The notes under the pieces: generated by a model
What the model saw: only the letters and a program-made list of their open reading frames with translations
Told to the model about the DNA's origin: nothing
Database searches by the model: none
Source of the DNA: Podarcis pityusensis
Lineage: Eukaryota
Assembly (NCBI GenBank): GCA_964106645.2
Contig: OZ067041.1
Length of the DNA: 64,000 nt
Strand: one strand, 5' to 3'
Shown here: positions 1 through 11,053 of the stretch, piece after piece
Layout of the letters: the number at the start of each line of letters is the position of its first letter
How positions within the stretch are numbered: the stretch's first letter is position 1
Position numbers and translations under genes: made by a program

Positions 1-1270
1 GATTACGGGAAATGACTATATGTGATCAGAATGGCTTTCATCTGCATTTTGTTAGACTAAGCATTGATTTCACTTTTCAGCTGTGAACAGCAAGAGGCCA
101 GCTGTGGCCATAGGAGAGAGCAAGCAGTGAACTAGGGTCACAACAGAGAAAATGCAACACTTTTAACGATTACAGCTTAGCAAAAAATCTTCATGTTACA
201 ACCGTTTGAAAATTATGTATCCACTGGATCCGTAGACTTGTCAAAAATAGTGGATTTAAGTTCTGAGGAATTAAACCTTTGAACTGTAGTTAAATAAGTA
301 AACATAAATATAAGGCAAAAACAAACAAAGTGGGTCAAATACAACTTCAAGGCAGAAACAACTACATTTAACTTAGTATTCCCAGATGTGTTGAAGGGAA
401 ATTTACGAAAGTATTTTGAAAAACAAATTCCCATTTGAAAGCGTTTTAGATTCAGTGAAACTAACCTTTCTTCAAACCCTTCACAGATGTCCTAAAATGT
501 TCTAAAACTATTTTCAAACTATATTTTTAAATAGCTAGTGTTACTTAACAAACAGCCATTACTCAAAGAGCATATTAACGTACTTCCAGTCTATTGTGAA
601 TGGCGTAATACAAAATGTCTACTGAAATACTGATAGTACATGAAGTGTAGCTTTAAAGGGACACAAATAACATCCTAGTGTATAGAGTACCAATAAGATG
701 TAATTTCTGGCAGCATATTTATTATTATATGTATTTCCACATGCAAATATGAGTGTTTTAACATTTATTTTCATTTAAAACACCATCCCTTTTTCTCCTA
801 TGCTTTCTGATAGCTTAAAATCTAATTCCTATGCTTTGTGATAGCTTAAAATCATCAAAGACACTTAAAATGCAATGAATGGAACAATAGCCATACAAAT
901 ATTAAGTCACAATCTCTACCTGTAAATCTGAATTTGACAAGAGGCAGAAAGGGAAAGTGTTCATACAGGAGGAGTTGCTTTCCCAGATGCTTACATCCCA
1001 GACTATCAAAAACAGCACCTTGAAATGGGCCTGGAAACCCCAAACCAGCCAGTGAAATTGTCTCAATTAGTACAGGTTGGTTGTGTTACTGCCTTCCTGA
1101 CGTAATAAGAAGGCAAGCTGTAACATTCTGGTCCACTGCCTGTCGTTTCCATTTCATCTTCAAGGGTAACCAGACAAAGGCACATAACAGCAGTTAATCA
1201 GCCATCCACTGTCCTGTGGGAAGGATCCCAAGAGAAGCAAGCAGCACTTCAGAGTCTGCACTGGCTAGAC

Positions 1271-1401
1271 CAAGCATAGGCAAACTCGGCCCTCCAGATG
1301 TTTTGGGGCTACAACTCCCATCAACCCTAGCTAACAGATGATTAGGGATGATGGGAGTTGTAGTCCCAAAACATCTGGAGGGCCGAGTTTGCCAATGCCT
1401 G
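1271..1401. mobile_element. Palindromic hAT-type MITE
   Basis: Long terminal inverted repeats (caagcataggcaaactcggccctccagatgttttgg ... ccaaaacatctggagggccgagtttgccaatgcctg). Perfect 8-bp TSD GGCTAGAC at 1263-1270 and 1402-1409. Degenerate relatives at about 10480-10590, 36365-36480 and 51715-51790. Confidence 0.9.
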
Positions 1402-1683
1402 GGCTAGACAATCCCTGCAGGGCTCTTCTACCATCAGCTGCCCTGATTACTTTTATATGTTGATATTGTTCTTTGCTGTTGTTTTGATATGTATTTCTTT
1501 TAAGCTGCCTCTGAAGGACCTGTATCCTAAAAGTCAGGATCTCTTGTAAGACTTGTAAGAAAGAAAATCACTTAATTTGCATCATTCCTTCTAATAGTAA
1601 ACTTAGTCCCTAATTATCAAGTGAACAGTGCTAAGAAAAAACAGTGCATTGTTTCCCCATAGTAGTGAGCCTTTTTATCTGGG

Positions 1684-1689
<6 letters not shown>

Positions 1690-1716
<27 letters not shown>
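1690..1716. repeat. (TG)n microsatellite
   Basis: Read directly from the sequence. Confidence 0.95.
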
Positions 1717-1720
<4 letters not shown>

Positions 1721-4700
1721 AAATTCAAAATTTCCTTTTGGTGCCTTCCACCTTTTTGCGGGGTGGGGTGGGCAAAATGTTGTTGCCAAAACATAACAAT
1801 ACAGTCCTCAGATCCTGGATTTATTCATTTTAGTATAAGCAGCTCTCATTTCTAGTCTGGGGGAAAGGGTCAAAAAAGGAACAAGAAGTTGGGCAGACTG
1901 TGTGAATCTAACAGTTAAGTCTATGAAGCCAGTTGGACCATTAAAGGTTGAAAGGGTCAGTATAATCCTAAGACATTTGCATTGTACAGCATAGCAGTTG
2001 AATGGTTGAGAAGAAGGAAGGGCTCCTCTGTGCGCCTCAAACAGCTCTACAAGCTTAAGGCTGCAGTCTTTAGTTAGGGGCCAGGGATAAACTGCAACAT
2101 TTTATTGTGAGACTCTACTTGTATTTTTCTGTTAAACTTCTTTTTGATGTCTTAATCAGTTGGCTTAGAAGCCAGCAATTCATCCTGACCATTAGTAAGA
2201 AATATCCTGTATCAAATCTGGACAAATTGTCTTAGCAAGTGGTGAAGCTCAATGTGGAACAAATATCTATTCTCAAATTTAAAAAAAACCCCAAATAACG
2301 TTGTGGAGGTTTACAAATACAATGGATCTTGAGCTCAATGTAGGTGAAAGCTTCCCTTAAAAAAATCTATTGGGTGGCAATTATAAATTGGCTGTGTCAC
2401 ATTGGGTTGTTTTGTACAAACTAAATTATAGAGAATCTCTTTATTATAGGACAGTGCAGCAAAACACAGCAATGGATTTTGTACTGTGTGCAGTAGCTTA
2501 ATCAATTTCATTGCTCTCTATGCGAAAGAATGAGCTCTCTATATCTCTACCGATGACATAGGGAAATGGATAGAAAAATCAAAGGTTCAAAGTTTCTTGA
2601 TTCAGAATGCAGCCATTTGACCCTGAGTAGAGTTTCTCTTAAATCTTCATATAAATAATGAGCATTAAAAGTTGCATACTTAGTGGCAAATATTTTTATA
2701 TAAGTACAATGTACCTTAAATAGCACACTGAGTTTAAGGAACTTGATCAACAAGTTGAATTGCTAGGTTGAAAACCAATACATGAAAAGTTAAGTGGTGT
2801 ATGTAATAATAAGTCAAATTGTATACCCTGATCTTAATTTTATGTAGAGAGATTGTATTTGCTTTTTGAATTGGCCTATATGGTCAATATATGCACGCAG
2901 CTAATACGCTTCTTACGATTTTGGTGTCATTTTACACCTTAAAACTTTAGTCTGTTGTCCAGTAATGTGCAAAAGTTACCCACCCATATTTTGACTTTGT
3001 AATTTTAAAGAATTTCCATTTGCAGCATAATTAGCTTTTAAGTGTATCATCTATTTAGAAAAAAGAATGGACAAATAGTTGCATCCAAAGTTGTCACATA
3101 TCTGACAGATTATTTAATCCACCCATTCAGTTTTCCCCACACCACTTTCTACTCTGCTCCAAAGGGTGCCTCAACTTTCTGGAGTAAATTGAGAGAATGA
3201 CATGGGGAATTGGCAAAGATCACATCTTGCCTTCTGTTGGCAGAATCCTTTACTGGGTCAAAGTGCCCTACATCAGTGAAGGAGCACAGTTGGATACAAC
3301 CCAAATGCATTTTAACATTTTGAAACTGTTAAAGAAAACATTTGTTTCCTTCCACTGCCATCTCTTTTGCTATCTTCACTGGAGTATGTGAAGCTGATAA
3401 ATTTCATAGTGAGGGCTGTAGAATTACAATTCTGAAGAGGATTCTTCTTGTGATGTTTCTGGAGATGGAAAAATGTGTAAAGTTTCAGTGGAATTGTATT
3501 TAGGTACAGGCCATCAAAACCTACACCCATCTCCAGTACTTAGAAAAGGCTGTCCTCAACCAACCAAAAGATCTTTAACACCATGAATTCTCTGTACATC
3601 TGTTAGTAATATTCTTCTTTCCAATATGTCCCACCCATAATTTAAGAGAAGATTTATCTGTGTTCAGGTCTCCTTTTGGTGGCAAAGTTCAGTGTTCATC
3701 TTTTGAACAGTGGCAGTTTGAGCAGTCCTGCCTCTTTAAATTTCTGTAATGTTTACACTCCAGGTAACTTTAATAGCTTTCAGTAGTTACTTTACTTTTG
3801 AAGATAAACTGTTAAAAAAGATTACCTCACAAAGGCATTTGCTATTTTTACCAATACTTTCGTTGTTGAAAAGTAAATACTTTTCTGTCTCACTAGGAGT
3901 GTGTATTTAACTTAATGAATGCAAATTTCACTACAATATTTTAATGTTTTATAATTAACTAACTTCTGTGTTTTAGAAAAAAACTTAGTCCTCAAATTCC
4001 CATTACCCCTCATCTCTCCTCCCCCGTATCATTAGTCTGTGTCTTTTTCTCATCACTTTTCCTCACAGTGTGTTATAAAGCAACAGTATTCCTAAAAAAT
4101 TAAACCAGCTAACCTAAACAAACACTTCATCTTAGAGTATCTTTTGCCCTGTATGCTTTTGTATGTGTGTGAGAGACTAATCCTTAGTTATTTCTTGAAA
4201 GTGTGCCTTTATTTAGTCAGAACAATATAACAGAAGCGTGCACATGTGTTATGGAATATGGATTTGTGTGAAAAGTGATTGAAATTGCTGGAATACGTTC
4301 AAACAGAATGGGAGAAAATTGATGGCTTCCTGATCCAAGTTCTACTGAAACTAATTAACCTCTGTGTTTTGTTGACTTCAGTGTGATTTTGATAGTTTCT
4401 TGAAAGTGCTGTGCCTTAATCCATGTGATCATACTTACAAGTGTTAACTGAAGTAAAGGTTGATCAATCATCCATCATGATATCAGATTTTTACCAAAGG
4501 TATATGGATATTAATTTTAATTGTAATAACATCAGAGAAGAAATATGTTTAAAAGTACAGCTGTTTTTCATTCTCTTCCTTAAACTGTAGAGGTAAACTA
4601 CATTATAGGAAGCTAGAACTAATATAAAGGTCTTCTCCAACAACTACAGGTGAATAGCTAGCCAAAGGTGGTCTAACAATAGATTTTTGCAAATAAGTAC

Positions 4701-5938
4701 ATACAAGCTGAAATTTCTAAGTGGGGACTAAACATTATTACAGACCCATAGAATCTGCATGCTGAGATTATCCAGCTACTGTCGCATATAAAATAACTGT
4801 CCTCATTTGTAATGATTTGTGTGAATGAAGAAAATAAATATAAAAGGAAGGCATCAAATTTAAAGATTTTCAGTATACGTAATTAACCCGTTGAGTCTAT
4901 CTCAGCATATCATTGAAACAAAGAGAATGGTAAGAATTAAAGTTTTGTATCAATGAGATTTGCCTTGATAAGACTGGATATTTTTTCTGGAAAAATATTA
5001 AACCCTCATGCTTCAGTGCATAAGACAACTGCTAACTGATAGAGGTTAAGTGCAGCCTATCTCTGGCGTGACATTTATTCCATAAATGTCAACTACAAAG
5101 TTTCTTGCACCTTCCTTGAAAACATCTGTGTTTTGCCTGTTTTCAGACTGACTTAGTTGAACCAGTTGTCCAGTTAAATGTCTTACTTGCTTTCGGGTAT
5201 AGTTCCTTTGTGAGATACCAGTTCTATATATCTATCTAAATACGTCTTTATCGGCAACAGATTTAGCTTTTTCCATGTTAGTTTCTGAAAAATGAGATGC
5301 CATAATTCATTTTCTCAAGGCAAATGATCGCAATAGGCGTTTTCTTAGTGGGACTTCCCATTTTCCCACTTGCATGTCAACACCAGTAAAGTTTCTGCCA
5401 ACAACAGGTTTCTTGATCTGATTGCTTACAGGTAACTATATACACTAATGTAATAAGCAATGAAGGACCAAGTCATGTTTCAAATTACTAATTTGGTTCT
5501 CTTTAAAAGGAAACTATTAGGCTTGTTAGATCTTTGTTTCAGGTTAAAAAAAAATCATACAGAATTGTGAAAAGATTTTGACTTGCTTTTTGCATTTCAT
5601 TAACAATTTCTTAGTGACTTTCATATTGAAGCGACCTTCTTGCAAATAGATACTGTAGCTTTCATTGGCTAACTCTTTACTTGCACCAGCCAATGGCAGT
5701 AATATTTTCATCCCTACTGGGGGTCAAATTATATTGGTTATCACTTTTTAAAAATGCAGTTCCGAAAGTGTGCATACCAGTGCATGAAAGAAGGTGAATA
5801 CAGCCCTGCAGAGGAAGGATGGAGAGGTTTTGAAATTTATTGCATATGTATAAAGTTAAAAATTTAGTAAGAGTTGTGTCTCCGGTATCTTCTGTGTTAA
5901 TAACAAAGCTGTTAAGCTGGATCTGGATCTTGTCTATA

Positions 5939-6131
5939 CAGGCAACCCCCAATTTGCATGGGGGTTGTGTTCCAGGTCACTACCCACGACAGCGGAGCAC
6001 ACATAAGCCCACTCTACCCTGTTCTTTCCCCTCCCCTGTTGTGTCCCCTTTTCTGGCCACTTCCTGGTCACCACAATGTGCTCGTGCACGGTTGCACGTC
6101 AATTGGACGCAGGTAAGACTTTTGCTGCCTG
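5939..6131. mobile_element. Tc1/mariner-pogo (Tigger-like) MITE
   Basis: TA|CAGGCAAC ... GCTGCCTG|TA: short inverted termini with a TA duplication. Confidence 0.6.
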
Positions 6132-6412
6132 TATAGGGGGCCCGCCGGAATAGTCATAGGAATAATTTGCTGTCTTCCATTGTACATATCACATTTAACA
6201 TGGACTTATGTCCTCACTTCTAGTTGCCTGTGCAATCTGTCCAGTAGGAAAAATAGATGTTGATAGATCAGGTGATCCCAGCCTACCCATAGCCTACAGT
6301 GGCGTTCATGGGTGCCAGTTCACTTTGAAGTTTATATATGTGGGGAGAGCAAGGTGTGTGAGAATGTGAGGCTGGCTTCTGTGCCCACTGAGTGTATAAC
6401 CTACTTGTAGGG

Positions 6413-6414
<2 letters not shown>

Positions 6415-6462
<48 letters not shown>
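6415..6462. repeat. (TC)n microsatellite
   Basis: Read directly from the sequence. Confidence 0.95.
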
Positions 6463-6467
<5 letters not shown>

Positions 6468-6786
6468 TGTGGGCACAGGAGGGGCTAAGCACCCATCCAC
6501 TCCCATGCTAATGATCCCTTGCAACTGCCTTCCCACCCCACATTCCCACTTTCACAACATTTTTTTTGTCATTATAAAGTCTAATTCTGAGAGAAGCAGG
6601 TATGATTTAAAGATGGATAAGTACTGAAACTTATTCTGTATGAACCATCATGGTGGCTCTCCAGTCTTCCTGCCCCCCTCTTTTACATTGTATTTATTTT
6701 GTGTAAAGACTTGCATTTAATACAACATTTTAATGTTGTATTTTAATTTTGTTTTTAAGTTGTAATCATTCAACTTGTTTTAATTA

Positions 6787-6844
6787 TTGCTTGTAAGCCA
6801 CTCTGAGCCCAGCCTTGGCTGGGGAGGGCGGGGTATAAATAAAA

Positions 6845-6877
<33 letters not shown>

Positions 6878-6897
6878 TATTATTTATTATTATTATT
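6787..6897 (+). mobile_element. 3' tail of an L2-type LINE with (ATT)n tail
   Basis: ttgtaagccactctgagcccagccttggctggggagggcggggtataaataaaa(att)n. Same family as 9355-9680 in the opposite orientation. Confidence 0.75.
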
Positions 6898-7963
6898 TGT
6901 GAAGGCATAAAACAGCCAAGATTAAGGTGCATTGTAGTGCCATTCATACCCTACTATATCAGTAAATATGTAATGTACATGCCAAATACTAGTTTTGTTT
7001 CCTTCCCAACCCCCCAACCCTGGTATGCTGATGTAGTAAGACAGAGGTTTAAGCACTATCTTGTTCTGATCACCCATCATATTGACATGGAACTTGTAGA
7101 TAAAATAATAATAGTTAGCATTTTGTCAGTGCCATATTGCAAATTTTGAGATTCTTAACTGTTTCCATATTTAGTAACTAAATTTAATATAAATGAATGC
7201 ATGTATTTGCACGTTTGGTAGGATATGGGTTAACAATGGTTTCTGAATCATTCTGTGAAACTTTAATATTGGTTCTGAATGCAAAACAGGCAGTGTAAAA
7301 TGATGATGGCCATGGTTGTTAATGACTTGTTTTAGCTGGGAGCTATAAAATCATCCAAGGACTCTGTTGGTGTTGGAATAATAATTTACCTAGACAATTA
7401 CCACATGGTGGAATTTTTTGCAGTTCTAATTCAGAGTTATTAATAATGAATAAAATTGCAATTTTCTCAGGTTGCTGGGGGCAATGGGGAATTATTTCAA
7501 TGAATATTTCAGCACATTATTTTAATCATAGTTCCACAAAAATTCAAGTGGGCAATATTTTATACTTTTAAGTTTAGTCTGCTAAGAGACCATAATCATT
7601 AAATTGCAAAATATTTGCTCTTAGGTCCATTCTATGATTTACAATCTTTTTTTAAAAGAAACACTGTAGAAGAAAGCAAGCTGTGTCATTAATACTTGTA
7701 ATTTGATGCTGCATTTGTTAATGGGCTTGCTCTGATTAATGTTTTTTTGCAGTAAGCAGAGCGGTTTGAGAAAGTTGAATCCTTAAATGCTTCAATGAAA
7801 GTAAAGAAGTACTCAAATACTGCACTTTAATAATATATGTTGTAACATTTTCCTTGTACTCACTGAAAAAAGTAAGGAAATGTTTTATTGAGCTGCTGTT
7901 CCTTCTCTGTATCCCAGTGTAGTAGACACTAATCTTTTATTATTGTTGTTGTTATTTTCTTAG

Positions 7964-8088
7964 CCAACTGCATGATTTCTGGCGCTTAGATTATTGGGAA
8001 GATGATCTGCGTCGACGGAGGCGGTTTGTTCGCAACGCCTTTGGCTCCACCCATTCTGAGGCATTGCTCAAAGCTGCTGTGGAATATG
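7964..8088 (+). CDS. NBEA: Neurobeachin internal coding exon (125 nt)
   Basis: Pyrimidine-rich acceptor ttattttcttag|C and donor TATG|gtcagt. Translates (S)QLHDFWRLDYWEDDLRRRRRFVRNAFGSTHSEALLKAAVEY(G), recognised as vertebrate NBEA just upstream of the PH-BEACH module. Ends in phase 1, matching the next exon. Confidence 0.96.
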
Positions 8089-9354
8089 GTCAGTACTCAT
8101 TGTAACATACCCACTCTCTTAAAAAGCTTTATTTTTATTTGTAAGATGTTTCTGAGAACCATCCACTTTACTCCCATTTTCCTTTTAGTACCTTTTTGGC
8201 CTTGCATGAAAGATGCACATAGCTACAAGCTTTGTAGGGTACTCAGTGTTTAGAGCTCCTACTTTCCGAGGCCCTTCTTATCCCTGAGAAGGAGCAGACA
8301 TGTTATTCAAATAGGACCCATATTGTGTTCAGGTAAAGGAGAGGTTCTGGGTGCAGTGATTTTACTCAGTTATGGTTAAGGTTGCTAGCACTTTACTGGA
8401 TACAGCAATCTGAGGTTACTATAAAGAGGAGTGTCCTGTTGGACAGGAGTACTAAGGGAAAATATATGAGAAAGTGGAACGACATCACATTGTGGAGTGG
8501 GAAAGGGGGGGGATTGTCAACAGTATGTTCCTATGCAGGATATTTATTAGCATGTCTCATTGGTGAAGGAGCTGCTCGTAGCTTCAGCAGTGTCTCAGGC
8601 TAGTAGTGGGCAGCAGGTATGAGGATGCAAGATGATGCAAAAAATAATAATTTTGTAGGTTGTGTGTCTTTGTTTCTCAGTTTGATCCTTTTATTCTGGC
8701 TTGTTTTATTTGATGCCTCAGTGTGCTAAACCGCTTTGACTTTTTTTCTGAAAAATATAAAGCAGTATAGAAATGAATTGAATGATAATAAGACCATTGT
8801 CTAGAAAGAACAATGTAGCAGAGAGAGGTAAGCCAGCCAGTTAGTTGCTATGTCAGTCAAGAAGAAGCCATCTATAGGCCAGATTTGGTCTGTGGGGATC
8901 AGTTATCTACCTCAAATAAATAAATGAATGTTCTTCATGTGTACACTCCCCCCCCCCCCCCACATGCTTAATGATATTGAAATGAACTCTAATCAATCTT
9001 TGCTATGGTTTAATATTTCCAAGTTTGCAAAGTGTTCATTTTCAGAAATGTTTTGCGATTCCACACTGTAATTAGTTCTGATTAAAATTTCCAGGGGCTT
9101 GCCCCCATAATATACAAATATTTAAAACTCACAAGGTGAGCAACCAAACAGTGATATGAAGTAGGACCTTAGGAAACATTTTATACATGTGCCTCATGAC
9201 CACAGAAATCTCTACCAACAAATTAGGTTGCCCTTCTCTATAACCACAAACATTAGAAATTTGCTTTGGGAGTTTATTTTGTTTTTAAGATGTACTAAGA
9301 TTCTAAAGGTTTTGCTGAAACTGCTGTATTCCACTTCAAAATTATACTTCACAC

Positions 9355-9390
<36 letters not shown>

Positions 9391-9680
9391 TTTTATTTAT
9401 ATCCCGCCCTCCCCCAGCCGAAGCCGGGCTCAGAGCGGCTAACAACAATAAAAGTAACACAACATTCTAAAATCAATTCATTTTAAAATCAGTTCAAAAT
9501 CAAATTAATGGCAACCATTGGGCTAAAGTTCTTTGAGGATTACCAAAGGAGGGGGTCAGACTGTGCCTTCACCAAATGCCTAGTGGAACAGCTCTGTCTT
9601 GCAGGCCCTGCAGAAAGATGTCAAGTCCCGCAGGGCCCTAGTCTCTTGTGGCAGAGCATTCCACCAGATCGGGTCCATGC
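9355..9680 (-). mobile_element. 5'-truncated L2-type LINE 3' end
   Basis: (AAT)n on +, then the 3' UTR, then a - strand peptide PIWWNALPQETRALRDLTSFCRACKTELFH resembling the L2 ORF2 C-terminus (WN.LP..R...L..F...KT.LF). Confidence 0.8.
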
Positions 9681-9721
9681 TATTATTTGTTCTGTGTAGA
9701 TATTTCAGAGCCCTTTGATAC

Positions 9722-9724
<3 letters not shown>

Positions 9725-9766
<42 letters not shown>
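9725..9766. repeat. (TG)n microsatellite
   Basis: Read directly from the sequence. Confidence 0.95.
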
Positions 9767-9768
<2 letters not shown>

Positions 9769-9879
9769 CACGTTAATGTTCATGAAGTATACACAGAACC
9801 TGTGAATCACTATTTTTAATTCTGGTTTGAATTAGTAAAATAATGCTATCTTGGGGACTTTGTATACTACACTCTTAAG

Positions 9880-10009
9880 CGGTGCTATTTTTCTAGAAAA
9901 ATAAGTGTCAGAGCTCACCATGAACTTCTCCCATGTTCTCTTAGAATAACAAAGGCTTCTATCTGAAAGGTGCCAGAGGTGAGCTCCAGCTGGAAAACAA
10001 AAAGCCCAG
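9880..10009. mobile_element. hAT-type MITE
   Basis: Degenerate TIRs (cggtgctatttttc ... gaaaacaaaaagcccag). Perfect 8-bp TSD CTCTTAAG at 9872-9879 and 10010-10017. Confidence 0.7.
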
Positions 10010-10022
10010 CTCTTAAGTATTA

Positions 10023-10385
10023 CCGTATTATTCCCCCCCCCCCCAGGTGCGGGGCTGGGGCGGGGGAAGCCCGAGCTTCCCCCGACCCCAGCCCCCAGAA
10101 CAGGCTGCTATCCGCAAGCCTAGGGAGCCCGGCGGGAAGTTGCACCGGTCTCCCCAGGTTTGCAGAGAGCTGCCCGAAGCCTGGAGCGCGCTTCGCAACG
10201 CGCCCTGGGCTTCGGGATGCAGGCAGCTCTCCGGAAGCCTTGGGAGACCGGCGCGACTTTTGCGCACCGACCCCTCTCGCTCTTCAGGCTTCAGCGAAAG
10301 CCTGCATTCGCCCCATAGGACGCACACACATTTCCCCTTCATTTTTGGAGGGGGAAAAGTGCATCCTATAGGGCGAAAAATACGG
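10023..10385. mobile_element. pogo/Tigger-like non-autonomous element, GC-rich, left end internally deleted
   Basis: TA|CCGTATT ... gggcgaaaaATACGG|TA. The right end resembles the copy at 18050-18218. Explains the spurious ORFs at 9970-10433. Confidence 0.75.
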
Positions 10386-10812
10386 TATATAGTTACTTAC
10401 TGGAATATAGGAAGCTTCCTTCTACTTCTTTAGACCGAGGGTCATCTGAGTCGGTATTGGCTACACCAGAGACAACTAATGTGGTACCCTTCAGAAGATG
10501 CAAAGTATAGCTCCCATTATCCCTAACCATTGTCCATGCTGACGAGAGCTGATGGGAGTTGTAGTCCTCAACATCTGGAGGGCACTGGTCTGCACAGACT
10601 TGCAGTGACTCTCCAGAGGTTTCAGGCAGTCCTTCCATTCCTACCTTGAGGTATCAGGGATTGCAACTGGAAGTCACATTCATAACATAGCACTATTCTG
10701 CTTAAACCGTCACAGAGAATCCTGGGCACTGTACCTTGTTAAAGGGTGCTGACCTCACAGAGCTACAGTTTGACAAACTACCATTCCGAGGATTCTCAGT
10801 GACTGTCAGATA

Positions 10813-11053
10813 CAGTGGTACCTCAGGTTACAAACACCTCGGGTTACAAATACCGCGGGTTCCAGACTCCGCTAACCCGGAAGTAGTACCTCGGGCTAAG
10901 AATTTACCTCAGGATGAGAACAGAAATCGTGTGACGGCGGCATGGCGGCAGCAGGAGGCCCCATTAGCTAAAGTGGTACCTCAGGTTAAGAACAGTTTCA
11001 GGTTAAGAACGGACCTCCGGAACAAATTAAGTTCATAACCAGAGGTATCACTG
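10813..11053. mobile_element. Tigger-like MITE (CAGTGGTACCTC TIR family)
   Basis: TA|CAGTGGTACCTCAGGTTA ... taaccagaggtatcactg|TA. Closely similar copy at 55641-55866. Confidence 0.9.

Noticed and set aside
796-853. 27-bp direct repeat with 31-bp period (similar small duplications at about 18936-18990, 24277-24322 and 37641-37673)
   Set aside because: Simple local tandem duplications of two or three units with no unique spacers. Not CRISPR-like, and no insert between the copies.
1271-1401. Long hairpin as a possible pre-miRNA
   Set aside because: Explained by MITE terminal inverted repeats with an 8-bp TSD and several relatives in the window.
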